From: an uncultured delta proteobacterium | GTDB taxonomy: Bacteria > Desulfobacterota > Desulfobacteria > Desulfobacterales > Desulfatirhabdiaceae | DNA: 64,000 nt | Assembly (NCBI GenBank): GCA_963789395.1 | Contig: CAWBKP010000022.1 | Location: forward strand, 288,001 to 352,000 | Direction of reading: 5' to 3' | Shown here: positions 29,146 to 41,182 of the stretch, piece by piece | Layout of the letters: every line of letters begins with the position of its first letter | Position numbering within the stretch: the stretch's first letter is position 1 | Made by a program: the position numbers and the translations under genes | Notes under the pieces: generated by a model | Databases searched by the model: none | Told to the model about the DNA's origin: nothing | The model's input: only the letters and a program-made list of their open reading frames with translations

Positions 29146-30994
29146 TCAAATCTGTTTGGACAGCACTACAAAAGCATGAGGCGACAAATCCATCTCGAAC
29201 TCACCTTCGGAAGTGGTCGTGCCGGCGATTGCACTGCCGGGGCCGCCCCATAGTTCCTCGGTGCTGTCTATCTCTTTTCCCCAAGAGCCGGCAGGAAGGG
29301 GAATCCGGGTTGAAGCCGGCGTGTCGCCCGCGTAAAAGATGATGCAGATATCTTTTGTATCGTTCCAGCGGCGGACACCGCCGATGCGCCGGCTGTCGAC
29401 CCGGAAAACTTCCATGTGCGATGATTCCGGTGAGGAGAACATCTCGCAGTTCCGGCGAATCGCGATAAGACGTCGGTGGAATTCCCACAGATGGTGGTGA
29501 TGACCGGGCAAGCGGTGCAGCTCCGGTCTCAGTTTGGCGCTATGAAAAGTTTCTTCTGCCTGGGGGTCAGGCGGCTCACCGTCCCAGGCAAAAGCCGCAA
29601 ACTCCTCACGGCGTCCCCTGCGCACCGCCTCGATCAGACCTGGGTCTGAGTGGCTCACAAAATAAGGAAAGGGTGCTGTTTCGCCGTATTCCTCGCCCAT
29701 GAAGAGCAGGGGCAGGTTGGGAGACAGCAGGATAATCCCCGCAGCCATTTTAAGGGCCTCGAATGAAACGATGCAGCTCAGCCGGTCCCCCTGCATGCGA
29801 TTGCCCACCTGGTCGTGGTTTTGGGAGAAGACGACGAAGCGGTGGCCTGGGATGGAGCGGCTGGAGTTGCCGTGGCGCCTTTTGCGATATTCGGAATACC
29901 GGCCGTCGTAGACAAACCCTTCCCGCAGGGCTTTGAGCAGCTGGTCGAAGTTGCCGAAGTCGCAGTAATAGCCACGCTTTTCGCCGGTAAGGACCGTATG
30001 CAGGCTGTGGTGAAGATCGTCGTTCCACTGGGCGTCCAGGCCAAATCCGCCCAGCTCCGGTGAGCGGATCATGCGCGTGTCGTTCAGGGCGCTTTCGGCG
30101 ATCAGATGGATGTGCCTTCCCAGGCTTTCGGACAATAATTTGACCGTACCGGCCAGTTCCTGCAGAAAAGGCAGTGCCGAGAAATCCAGAATGGCGTGGA
30201 CCGCATCGAGCCGCAGAGCATCGATGTGGCATTGGGACAGCCAGTAAAGTGCGTTTTCGATGAAGTATCGGCGTACATGGTCGCTGAAAGGGCCGTCGAA
30301 ATTGATGGGTGCGCCCCACGGGGTCTGGTAGACTGTCCGAAAAATATGGTCCGAAATTCCGCAGGTAGTTGCCTTCGGGCCCGAGGTGGTTGTAAACGAC
30401 ATCCAACACCACGGCCAGGCCCCGTGCATGGCAGGCGTTGACAAAGCGCTTGAGTCCCTGCGGTCCGCCGTAGGAATTCTGGGCGGCGAACGGATAGACC
30501 CCGTCGTAGCCCCAGTTGCGCTCGCCGGGAAACTGCGCGACAGGCATGATCTCGACCGCGGTGATTCCAAGAGATACCAGATCGTCCAGCTGCTCAATGG
30601 CCGCATCGAAGGTGCCTGCCGGGGTGAATGTGCCGATGTGCAGTTCATAGAAGATGTAGCGGTGCAAGGGGATGCCCCGCCAGCTGTCGTCCGTCCAGGC
30701 AAAAGCCGGGTCTACGATCTGAGAGGGGCCGTGAACACCCTGAGGTTGAAAGCGCGAGGCCGGGTCCGGCCGTTCCTGGCCGCTGTCAAGGCGATACAGA
30801 TAGAGAGTGTCCGGCGCAACTCCTTCCAGCACGCCGCAGTGGTAGCCATGACGGTCCCGCCTAAGCATCTCCAGCCGCTCTTTCGGGGACAGCATGCGCA
30901 CCGCAACCGAATCCGCAACGGGAGCCCATACGCGGAAACTGCAGCGCCCATCGCCTATCGGCATGGCGCCGAGTTGGGACGCCGGATCTGTCAT
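29146..30994 (-). pseudogene. treZ: Malto-oligosyltrehalose trehalohydrolase, one frameshift near 30333 (possibly a sequencing error)
   Basis: N-part in ORF 29750-30994 (PDPASRFQPQGVHGPS, YELHIGTF, NWGYDGV, DVVYNHLGPEGNY); C-part in ORF 29146-30702 (YQTPWG, LRLDAVHAI, QNHDQVGNR, LFMGEEY). Confidence 0.88.
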
Positions 30995-32949
30995 GAAGAT
31001 CCTCCGTGCTTGAAAAAAACCGCCCCCAGAGGCGGCAGCACCAGGTTCAGCGAATGGCGAAACCCGTGCGAGGGAATGGGGTTTGCCTCAACGCCGCCCA
31101 GGCTGCCCTGGCCGCTGCCGCCGTAGTGGGCGGCATCGCTGTTAAGAAGCTCCTTCCAGAAGCCGGCCGTCGGCGCGCCGACACGGTAGTTGTGGAGCGG
31201 CATCGGCGTGAAGTTGAACACGCCGATGAGCGCATCACTGCTTTCGGTCCCGAAACGGATCAGGCTAAGGGTGCTGTGGCGGTGGTCGTTGCAGTCGATC
31301 CACCCGAACCCCTCAGGCGAAAATTCATGCCGGTGCAGGGCGGATTCCTTCCGATACAGCCGGTTGAGGTCCGCCACCCAGCGCTGAAGCCCGGCATGCA
31401 GCGGCAAATCGAGCAGGTGCCAGTCCAGGCTCGTATCGTGGTTCCACTCGCGCCACTGGCCGAACTCGCTGCCCATGAAGAGCAGCTTTTTACCGGGCTG
31501 TGCGAACATGTAGGCCAGCAGCAGCCTCAGGTTGGCGAATCGCTGCCAGTCGTCGCCGGGCATCTTGCCGATCAGCGAGCCCTTGCCGTGCACGACCTCG
31601 TCATGGGACAGCGGCAGCATGAAGTTTTCGGTGAAGGCGTAGAGCATGCGGAAATTGAGCTTGCCGTGATGGTAGCTGCGGTGAACCGGGTCCTTGCCCA
31701 TGTACTCCAGGGTGTCGTGCATCCAGCCCATGTCCCACTTCATGTCGAACCCCAGGCCTCCCACGTAGGCCGGGCGGGAAACCATGGGCCAGGCGGTGGA
31801 TTCTTCGGCGATCATCAGCACATCCGGGTGGCGTTCCTTGACCGCTTCATTGAGCCGGCGCAGGAAAGAGATGGCCTCCAGGTTCTCGCGGCCGCCGAAC
31901 TCGTTCGGGACCCACTCTCCGGGGCCGCGCGAATAGTCCAGGTAGAGCATGGAGGCGACGGCGTCCACGCGCAGACCGTCCGCATGGAACTTGTCCAGCC
32001 AGAAGCGCGCGGAACTGATCAAAAAGCTGCGCACCTCGTTGCGTCCGTAATTGTAGATGATGCTTTTCCAGTCCGGGTGCACGCCCTGCCGGGGGTCTTC
32101 ATGCTCGTAAAGGTGGGTTCCGTCGAAAAACACCAGGCCATGTTCGTCGCTGGGAAAATGAGACGGCACCCAGTCCAGGATGACGCCGATGCCGTTCTGG
32201 TGCAGGTGGTCGATCAGGGACATGAAATCCTGCGGGGTGCCGTAGCGGCTGGTGGGCGCAAAGAGCCCCAGTGTCTGGTATCCCCAGGAGCCGTAGAAAG
32301 GGTGCTCCATCACCGGCAAGAAACTCCACATGGGTGAACCCCATGGCCAGCACATACTCGGTGAGCGGCTCCTGCCATCTCCACATAGGTGAGAGAGCGG
32401 TTGCCGTCTTCGGGCACCCGACGCCAGGAGCCCAGATGAACTTCATAGATCGATACGGGTGAACGGTCGGCCGGTCTTTCCCGGCGGGCGGCCATCCACG
32501 CGTCGTCCCCCCACGCGTAGTCCAGATCCCAGACGATGGAGGCGGTTTTCGGCGCCAGCTCATAATACTGTCCGAAGGGGTCGGTTTTTTCGACCTGATA
32601 GCCGTTGTGGTTTGATTCGATAAAGTACTTGTAAAGCGTTCCCCGCCCGATGCCCGGGATAAAGCCTTCCCATATGCCGGAGGATGCCAGCGGCTGCAAA
32701 CGATGGCTTGAGCGGTCCCAGCCATTGAAATCCCCGATAACGGACACCTGGCGGGCATTGGGCGCCCATACCGCAAAATGGACTCCCGGGGTGTGCGCCG
32801 TCGGATACGATACGGGCCCCGAGTTTCTCGTAGAGCTGGAAGTGACTGCCCTGGTTGAAGAGATAAAAGTCATCCGCGGAAAACATGGAAAGACCGTAGC
32901 GGACGGGCAAAGCGCCGGCATTGGCAGCCGGGTGTTGATCGGTAGACAT
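30991..32949 (-). pseudogene. glgB: 1,4-alpha-glucan branching enzyme, about three frameshifts (~32795, ~32372, ~32317)
   Basis: Pieces LYEKLGA / FAVWAPNA...IYEVHLGSW / MGFTHVEFL / [14 protein letters not shown]...DWVPSHF...[11 protein letters not shown]...AEEST...[10 protein letters not shown] in successive frames; ATG at 32949 after CAGGAG. Confidence 0.9.
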
Positions 32950-32975
32950 GTTGATCTCCTGTCGTATCGAGTGTG

Positions 32976-35900
32976 TCAGCTGCCGGGGTCGCCAAGCAGT
33001 TGCGTGAATCCCGCGCAGGGGAATACCGACCCAGTCCGGGCGGTTGTTCAGTTCGTAGGACAGCTCGTAGACCGCCTTTTCCAGAAGCAGCGCACTCAGC
33101 AGAACGCTCAGCTCGTTGCGGCTGCCGGGAATGAACCGGTCTGCTCCCGTTTCCTGCAGATAGCTTTTAAGAAATTCCGCACCCACCCAGCGCTGCCAGA
33201 ACTCGGCCCAGTGCGTCATCGCCTGAGCGGCCTCGGGCCGGGTTCCATTTTGCTGGCGGCGGAACAGGGCGAAATGGGCGGCATATTGGAACGAACGCAG
33301 CATCCCGGCAACGTCGCACAGGGCCGAACGCTTGATCCGCCGTTCCGTGATGGGCCGGGCCGGTTCGCCCTCGAAATCGATGATGACAAAATCGCTTCCT
33401 GTGAAAAGTACCTGTCCGAGATGGTAATCGCCGTGACAGCGGATGCGCATGGCGCTGATTTTGGTTTCGAGCAGTGCTTTGAAACGGCTCAACAGAGTCC
33501 TTTTCGCTTTTGATGATATGAAGCGCCAGCGGGCGCAGGCTCTCGGGGAGCCGGTTGAACTGCCGCCCCATCAGCGGCAGGGTTTTGCCGATCTGGGTGC
33601 GCATGGACTGGTATAATGCCCGCTGGTAAAGCTTGGAAAAGGCTTCAGGTTTGAATTCCGGCAAGCGTCTGTTCAGATGCCAGGCACCGGTGCATTTCGG
33701 CGGTGCGCCGGCCCAGCAGGCGGGCGGAGTTCAAATACTCACCGATAAGCCCGGCGGCCTCAGCAGAGAGGGGCTCATCCAGCAGGTCGACGGGAAAAGC
33801 CGCCGGCAGGTCACCGAGGGGATTGCCTCGCGGCAGCCGCAAAATATTGGTCCAATGAGTCTTGGGTGTAACGCCAGGCGTCGCCCGGTTGGCAACAAAC
33901 CCTTGCAGGATGCCGATGGTCATCGGCTCATCCTGGTTCAGGCGAAGCTCGATCGCGCCGGCGGTCGGTGCGCAGTACGGAAAGCGTTTTTCAGTAAGCA
34001 GCCGTCCGATTTCAAAATCCGGGTTGACCCCCGGGGCGAGTTTGCGGATGAGCTTCAGGATCAGCTTTTCGCCGAAGCGGATAGAGGTATTGCTCTGCTC
34101 AGCCAGCATGTTCATCGGCGGCGGCAGGATCTGGCCGTTTGTAACCAGTGTCCGGAAGACGCGCGTGGTAATACCCCGCATCTGCCCGCTGCGGCCGTGA
34201 ATGGTTCTTTTTCGGGTCAGAACCTCCAGCAGCGCTTCGCCGAAAGCGGCATCCGCCAGTGCATCGTATAGCAGAAGCTTCGCGGAACCTTCCTTGATCT
34301 TGAGCCTGGCGATGAGGGCCTGGGGGTTCTCCTGCAGCAGCAGATCGGATTGATCTCAGGTGGGCCAGCGCCATGGGAACGGTATACAGTTCCGTTTCGC
34401 CGGAGAGATAGTCTACCCGCACGATTGCGATTGCCCAGCGCCTCGATTCCCTGGTCAAGGAGAACATGTCGACGATGCCGGCATGTTTGAGCGGTCGGGC
34501 TTTGCCGCCGAACCATCGGCTGCGGGTCAGAAAGCCGGGCAGGGCAGTCTCCAGCCGGGCTATAGCCTTGCAGTTGAAAATTTCTTCTTCATTGCAATCA
34601 ATCTCCACAACGGGGATGGCGGCCTCTCCGGTTTGGCTATAAGTCCCATCGGAAACCGTTTGCGGCGGTGTCAGGTAAAACCAGTAAAAGCTGTGGGGGC
34701 CGAGCGACAGAAAGTAGGGCTCAGCCGATATGGGCGGAAAAGGGGTCCTGCCGAAAAGCTCCACCGGAACCATCCCCTGATATGCCGACAGGTCAAGCTG
34801 CCCGTGCTGGACGAACCGAGACAGGTTGCAGACGATCAGCAGTCGTTCGTTCTCGTAACAACGGGTAAACGCCAGGATGCGATGGTTGTCGGGCGTGAGA
34901 AATTCGATATCGCCGCGGCTGAAGGCTTTGAATCGTTTCCGCAGAGCGATCAGGCGCTTCATCCACCACAGCGAGGAGTGCGGATTGGCCTGCTGCACTT
35001 CCACGTTGATGACCTCGTAGTGGTATTCCGGAGAGATGATCACCGGCAGAAAAAGTTTCTGGGGATTGGCGCGCGAAAACCCGGCATTGCGGTCGGCACT
35101 CCATTGCATCGGCGTGCGCACGCCGTCGCGGTCGCCGAGATAAACGTTGTCGCCCATGCCGATTTCATCGCCGTAGTAGACAATCGGGGAGCCCGGCAGG
35201 GAGAACAGCAGCGCGTTGGCAAGCTCCGTAAGGCGCCGGTGGTTACCGAGCAGGGGAAGCAGCCGCCGGCGGATCCCGAGATTGATCCGCATGCGGGGGT
35301 CCTGGGCATAGACCCGGTACATGTAGTCCCGTTCTTCATCCGTGACCATTTCCAGGGTCAGTTCGTCGTGGTTGCGAAGGAAAATCGCCCACTGACAGCT
35401 TTCCGGAATGGCGGGGGTCTGATCCAGGATATCCAGGATCGGGAACCGGTCCTCCATGTGCATCGCCATGAAAAGCCGCGGCATGAGCGGAAAATGGAAG
35501 GCCATGTGGCATTCATCGCCGTTCCCGAAATAGGCCACGGCATCTTCGGGCCATTGGTTGGCTTCGCCCAGAAGCATGCGATTCTTGAATTTGGCATCCA
35601 CATGGGCCCGCATTTCCTGCAGAAACCGGTGGGTTTCGGGAAGGTTTTCGCAGTTGGTGCCCTCGCGCTCGAAAAGATAGGGGATGGCGTCCAGCCGAAG
35701 CCCGTCCACGCCCATGCCATACCAGAAATCCAGTGTGGCCAGGATCGCCTTGCGAACCTGGGGATTGTCGTAGTTGAGGTCGGGCTGATGGGAATAGAAG
35801 CGGTGCCAGTAATAGGCGCCGGCCACCGGGTCCCAGGTCCAGTTGGATGTTTCGAAATCCTGGAAAATGATCCGGGCATCCGTGTAACGCTGCGGGGTGT

Positions 35901-36333
35901 CGCTCCAGACATACCAGTCCCGCCAGGGGCTGCCGGGCTTGGCACGGCGGGCGCGCTGAAACCAGGCATGCTGATCGGAGGTGTGATTGACCACCAGTTC
36001 CGTTATCACCCGCAGGCCGCGGCGGTGGGCCTCCGCCAGAAATTTTCTGAAATCCCGCAGGGTGCCGTAGGCGGGATGGATGTTGCGGTAGTCGGCGATG
36101 TCGTAGCCGTCGTCGCGCAGGGGACTCGGACAAAAGGGCATCAGCCAGATCGCGGAGACCCCGAGATCTTGCAGGTAATCAAGTTTTTTGGTAAGGCCCT
36201 GAAAGTCACCGATGCCGTCATCGGCGCTGTCGAAAAAACTTTTGACATGCAGCTGGTAGATGACGGCGTCTTTAAACCAGAGGGGATCGTCGTTCATTCC
36301 GGCCATATCCCGGGAGTTATTGTCCATAGCCAT
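32976..36333 (-). pseudogene. treS: Trehalose synthase TreS fused to maltokinase, at least five frameshifts in the maltokinase half
   Basis: WFKDAVIY, SPLRDDGYDI, LRLDAIPYL, EANQWP, FLRNHDELTLE intact; maltokinase motifs AEQSNTS, LGRRTAEMH, RCHGDYHLGQV, IDFEGEP, EKAVYELSYELNNRPDW spread over several frames. Confidence 0.9.
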
Positions 36334-36337
36334 TCCT

Positions 36338-38343
36338 TTATAGAAAATAGTCGAAATCGTTTTCCGTGCGGATTTTTTTCCGGATACTGAAGACGTGAGC
36401 CGGCATCACCTGGGGGTTCAGCTCGATGAAGTTTTGCCGGGAATGCCAGAGGTAACGAGCGTCGCTCAGCAGATCGTGAACCTGGAAGGGCTTATCGGTG
36501 TCAAGCCCCAGTTCGGAGAGCGGCAGCTCCACCCAGCCGGAGTGGGTGTGATGCGGGTCCAGGTTCACCACCGTCAGAACGATATTGGTGAAATCCGCAG
36601 TGTGTTTACTGTAACAAAGCAACTCCGGGTTGTCAACCGGGTGAAAGCGCAGGCTGCGGTCGCCGTGAAGCGCGGGGTTGTCCCGTCGGATGCGGTTGAC
36701 GCGCGCGATCAGGTCTTTGAGGCTGCCGGGGGAATCGATGTCCCATGTCCGGATCTCGTATTTTTCAGAGTTGAGGTACTCCTCGCTGCCGAACTCGCGC
36801 GCCTGGTTTTCGCACAGCTCGAAAGCCGGTCCATAAATGCCGTAGTTTGCGCCCAGAGTCGCCGCCAGAATCAGCCGGGCGATGAAGCCCGGAGGGCCGC
36901 CTGTCTGGAGGTGTTCCGTCAGAATGTCCGGTGTGTTCGGCCACAGGTTGGGCCTGAAAAAATCGGCCACTTCCGTTTGCGTGAGTTCCGTGAAGTATTT
37001 CCGGATCTCCCAGGCGGTATTGCGCCAGGCAAAATACGTGTAGGACTGGCTGAATCCCAGCTTGGCAAGACGGTACATCACCTTGGGGCGGGTGAACGCT
37101 TCCGCCAGAAAAATCACCTCCGGGTGGGACCGTTTGACCTCTGCGATGAGCCACTCCCAGAAGGCGAACGGTTTGGTGTGGGGGTTGTCCACACGGAAGA
37201 TACGGATGCCTTCATCGATCCAGAACAGGACGACACACTTGAGCTCTTCCATCAGGGCGCGGCGTTCCGCGCATTCGAAATGAAGCGGATAGATGTCCTC
37301 GTATTTTTTCGGCGGGTTTTCGGCATACTGGATGGACCCGTCCGGCCGCTGCTGGAACCATTCCGGATGCTCCCGCACATACGGGTGGTCCGGGCTGCAC
37401 TGAAACGCCAGGTCCATGGCGATGTCCAGCCCGAGCGCATCTGGCCCGGCGGACGAAGTTGCGGAAATCATCCAGGGTGCCCAGTTCGGGATGGACGGCT
37501 GTATGCCCGCCTTCGGCGGGCACCGATGGCCCAGGGACTGCCGGGATCTTTCGGTTCGCAGACCGGTGCGTTGTTGCGGCCCTTGCGGTGGGTGATCCCG
37601 ATGGGGTGGATGGGCGGCAGGTAGAGCACGTCAAAGCCCATTTCGGCCACATACGGCAGTCTGGCCTCGCAGTCTGAAAATGTGGCGTGCGCTCCCGGCG
37701 ACGGGCTGCAGGAGCGCGGAAACATCTCGTACCAGGCGCTGAACCGGGCCTTTACCGGCTCGACAACGACCATCAAGAACTCTCGGGTAAAACGTCATTT
37801 GAGAGCGGTCCGGCAGGCACTGCGCCATGCGGGCCGAGCAGGCGCGGGGTCAAGCGCCAGCCGGGCTCTGATTTCCGGGTTTTGATCGGAACGCAACGCG
37901 TTGCGCGCAGTCGGCAAGCTACGGCCCGCTGGGGTTCAGGTGCCCGCGCGATGGCTTCTTCGACAATCGCTGCGCCGGTGAGCAAATCCATGGTAACATC
38001 CTGCCCGGCTTCGATGCGCTTGGCCAAGATCCCGGCGCCAGCTTTTGAAAGCGATCCAGCCAGGCGCACAGTGTATAGACGATAGCGGCCGAGTTCGGTG
38101 ACCTTGAACGATGCCTTCCATTTGTCGTTGGCAAAACCCCTCCAGGCGGCCGTCCGCCACCGGGTATCGCTTTCATGACGGAACAGCAGAAGGCCCGAAA
38201 TCGCATCGTGGCCGTCCGTGAGGATGTCGGCGCGCACCTTGACCTTCTCACCCAGGGTCCGCTTGATGGGAAATCTGTCCACTGTCGATCTCCGGCCGAA
38301 CCCGGTCGATGATCACCCTTTGAATCAATGTGTTTTCCCGCAT
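36338..38343 (-). pseudogene. glgE: Alpha-1,4-glucan:maltose-1-phosphate maltosyltransferase, at least six frameshifts in the 5' half
   Basis: FPIKR...[82 protein letters not shown] at 38343 after GGAGG. Confidence 0.9.
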
Positions 38344-38361
38344 GCTTCCTCCAAACTCAGT

Positions 38362-38397
38362 CAAAATTCGAAATTCGAAGCACGAAATTCGAAACAA
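38362..38397 (+). repeat. Degenerate heptamer tandem repeat (AAATTCG)n, dispersed copy 1
   Basis: CAAAATTCGAAATTCGAAGCACGAAATTCGAAACAA; 32/36 identical to 57538-57573. Confidence 0.8.
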
Positions 38398-38452
38398 TGG
38401 CCAAAATCATAATGAATAAAAGTGATTGTTTTCATGGTAACCATTCAACCCA

Positions 38453-40726
38453 TCAGGTTTGTTCGACAAACTGGTGGCCGGGCGCGGCGCATCCGTCCTT
38501 GCCGGCGCCAAAATAAAGCGTGCGATGCGGAAAAGGGATTTCGATTCCGAGTTCATCGAAACGCTTCTTCATCCGGCGGTTGAACTCCCGCCCCACTGTC
38601 CACTGCCTGATCGGCCGTGTTTTGATGCGTGCCTTGATGATAACAGCGGAGTCCGCGAACTGATCCACCCCCAGCACCTCGAGAGGTTCCAGGATGTCCT
38701 GGCAAAATTCGGGCTCGGAACGCATGCCGTCAACAATTTTCCGGCACACTTCAGCGACCCTGTCCGTGTCTTCCCGATACGCAACGCCGATGTCGATCAG
38801 GTAATACGAGTACAGCTTGGTCATGTTGGTGACCGTATCCACCGAACTGAAGGGAATGGTGTGGACGTTGCCGGACAGGTCCCGCAGGCGGATGGACCGG
38901 ATGGAGAGGTCCTCCACCAGGCCGCCGATGCCGGCCACCTTGACGACATCACCGATGGCAACCGCATCTTCCAAAAGAATAAAGACGCCGGTGATGATGT
39001 CCTGAACCAGCTTCTGGGCCCCGAAACCGACAGCAAGGCCGATAATGCCGGCGCCGGTCAGCAGGGGGCCGATGTTGACGCCGAACTCGGAAAGCACGAT
39101 CATGACGACCATGACGGTCAGAACGATCATCAGCACTTTGCGCATCAACGGCAGCAGGGTGCGAACCCGGGCTCTGTGTCCCGGCGTGAGACCGGGTTTT
39201 TCCGATTTTGTCAGATAATGTTCGGTGGCGATGTCAACAGTCTCCCAGATCACCCCGGATATCGTAAAGAGCAGGAACATGTTGAATAAAAACACCCCGA
39301 ATTGCCTGACGAAAGGTTCCGCCAGCCAGTGGTGGGCATCCACATTCCATGCTTCCAGAACGGCCGTGGCGGTGATGAAAATGATGCCGGTGCGGACGGT
39401 GAAAAACAGGATCGGTGCATAGCGGTTCAGGCGATTTGCCAGAATCGGAATTTTTTGGCGCAGTGCTTCATTTGCAACGATATTCTGGGATATTCTGTTA
39501 CGGATGCCCTGGATGGTTATTCTGGCCGTAAAAAGCAAAAAAACGGACAAAAATGTTCCGCGGATCAGATACAGAAATCCGCCGTCGATGTCCCGCCACC
39601 AGACCACAAAAACACTGATCAGATAGATGACGGCCAGAATGTGCCAGACAGCGGCCAGACGGCAGCGAACGCGGCGAATGAAGGATCGCCGAACCGGCAG
39701 GTCCGCTTCGGATCCCCGGATCCACACTGCCATTGCCGCTCGGTTCCGGAGAATGCCGACAATCATCATCACCACAAGAATCAGTCCCAGAAGGCCCATT
39801 AAATCGGAAAATCCTCCGGGGGGCAATCCAAACAGAAGTGCCGTTCCGGCAAGAAGGTAACCGGTAAGGGCGATAAAGAGCAGGCGGCGCATCCATGAAA
39901 ACAGTAAAACGGCAGACTCAGATCGAAGCGGAACGAGCCTCAGGGAGGGAACCGACGGCGCCAGTATCAACCGGGTAAGAATTACCAGCGTCCGGCCGGT
40001 GATATAGACTGAAAAAATTTGAACTGCGATTGTGTCGATGGGAGATCCTGGCCGATGAAAAAATAAAGCGGTGAACGCAACCATCGTAAATGCAGCCAGT
40101 GCACAAAACCGCACTGTGGCTCTGGCGAAAGCCAACCCTAAAGCGGTTGAGTTATTTCTGCCGGCCCGGATTTCAATGCGTTTCCGGAACCTTGCCAGTA
40201 GCCGCTCCACAAGGAATTCCGAAATCCATGCCATAAACAGGATCACTACGATGGGCATGGCATGGCTGCGCAATCGGCCAAGGCTGTCAGGATCGAGTAT
40301 GTTGTGTTGAACCCAGTCCGCCAGTGCCTCTGGGTTCGGAATATATCGGCCGATCGACGATATCGCCCCGGAGGCCTCTTCCCATGTTCTTGAAACGGAT
40401 TCCGTCAGTCGAACGCTGAAAGGTTTTTCCGGAACGGGAGAAGTCAACTGGTTTTGTAAGGTGATCAAAGCGCGGATCTGGCCGAGCAGTTGTTTGCGCT
40501 CTTTGCTGTTTTCGATCTTCGTGGCCAGGGTTTTTAAATCCTCCGTAGTGGCCGGATCAACCGGGCTGGCCGGAAGATGGATCGATGCCGGTTCCTGAGC
40601 AAATGCCGATTCGACGGGAATCACAAGCAAAAAACAGAGAAATCCCGCAAGCATGCAACTGCCGGTCAATCTTAGAGCAGTCATGACGGTCCGGATTTTT
40701 ACTTTATTCTCCCAAAAGGTTCGCAT
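38453..40726 (-). CDS. Large MscS-family mechanosensitive channel (YbiO-like)
   Basis: GAGIIGLAVGFGAQKLVQDIITG, GDVV, GLVEDLSIRSIRLRDLSGNVHTIPFS, GIEIPFP; many N-terminal TMs. Confidence 0.92.
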   Translation of the reverse strand: MRTFWENKVKIRTVMTALRLTGSCMLAGFLCFLLVIPVESAFAQEPASIHLPASPVDPATTEDLKTLATKIENSKERKQLLGQIRALITLQNQLTSPVPEKPFSVRLTESVSRTWEEASGAISSIGRYIPNPEALADWVQHNILDPDSLGRLRSHAMPIVVILFMAWISEFLVERLLARFRKRIEIRAGRNNSTALGLAFARATVRFCALAAFTMVAFTALFFHRPGSPIDTIAVQIFSVYITGRTLVILTRLILAPSVPSLRLVPLRSESAVLLFSWMRRLLFIALTGYLLAGTALLFGLPPGGFSDLMGLLGLILVVMMIVGILRNRAAMAVWIRGSEADLPVRRSFIRRVRCRLAAVWHILAVIYLISVFVVWWRDIDGGFLYLIRGTFLSVFLLFTARITIQGIRNRISQNIVANEALRQKIPILANRLNRYAPILFFTVRTGIIFITATAVLEAWNVDAHHWLAEPFVRQFGVFLFNMFLLFTISGVIWETVDIATEHYLTKSEKPGLTPGHRARVRTLLPLMRKVLMIVLTVMVVMIVLSEFGVNIGPLLTGAGIIGLAVGFGAQKLVQDIITGVFILLEDAVAIGDVVKVAGIGGLVEDLSIRSIRLRDLSGNVHTIPFSSVDTVTNMTKLYSYYLIDIGVAYREDTDRVAEVCRKIVDGMRSEPEFCQDILEPLEVLGVDQFADSAVIIKARIKTRPIRQWTVGREFNRRMKKRFDELGIEIPFPHRTLYFGAGKDGCAAPGHQFVEQT

Positions 40727-41182
40727 GTCTGAATCCTTAGCATATGGAACGCAGATAACTTGCCGTTTCGATATTTATTTATTGAGTTTATCAAGAAGAC
40801 TGTCAAGAAAAAGCCCCTAATAGGGTTGTGCTGATCCGATCCTTCCCGGTTGGTAATTCAGCATGAAACCGCCTATGGGGTGTGGCGTCCTGAATATTAT
40901 GCAATCGGGTGTTGACAGAGCCTTGCAATGAGACCGACATGCCTCCTGATTTCAAAGCAAGGGGCATATGAAACAAATCCCGGATTTGAAGAGAAATACC
41001 GGGTTCCGGAGTTGAAACAATCCCGAATCCAACGCGCCGGGATGATCCGGGGAAAGCGGGCAAAAAAAACGCGGGCCCGGGCACTCCGGCAGGCCACAGG
41101 AGTAAAAGCACTTTTGTATGGTCCAAGATGATTTAAGCCTTTATTCTGGACGATCAAACCGTCTTTGTCAAGTCAAACAACA

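Noticed and set aside
32560..33492. Apparent maltokinase-GlgB fusion ORF
   Set aside because: Produced by a frameshift near 33005; the maltokinase stop (32976-78) is in another frame and glgB has its own RBS and ATG at 32949
34360..36390. 676 aa plus-strand ORF and similar long antisense ORFs (31006-32337, 36395-37624, 25483-26478, 24015-25013)
   Set aside because: They shadow well-supported genes on the opposite strand in GC-rich DNA and show no recognisable motifs
30330..38343. Programmed frameshifting or phase variation in the glg/tre genes
   Set aside because: Too many sites per gene, and no consistent slippery heptamers or long homopolymers at the junctions I read
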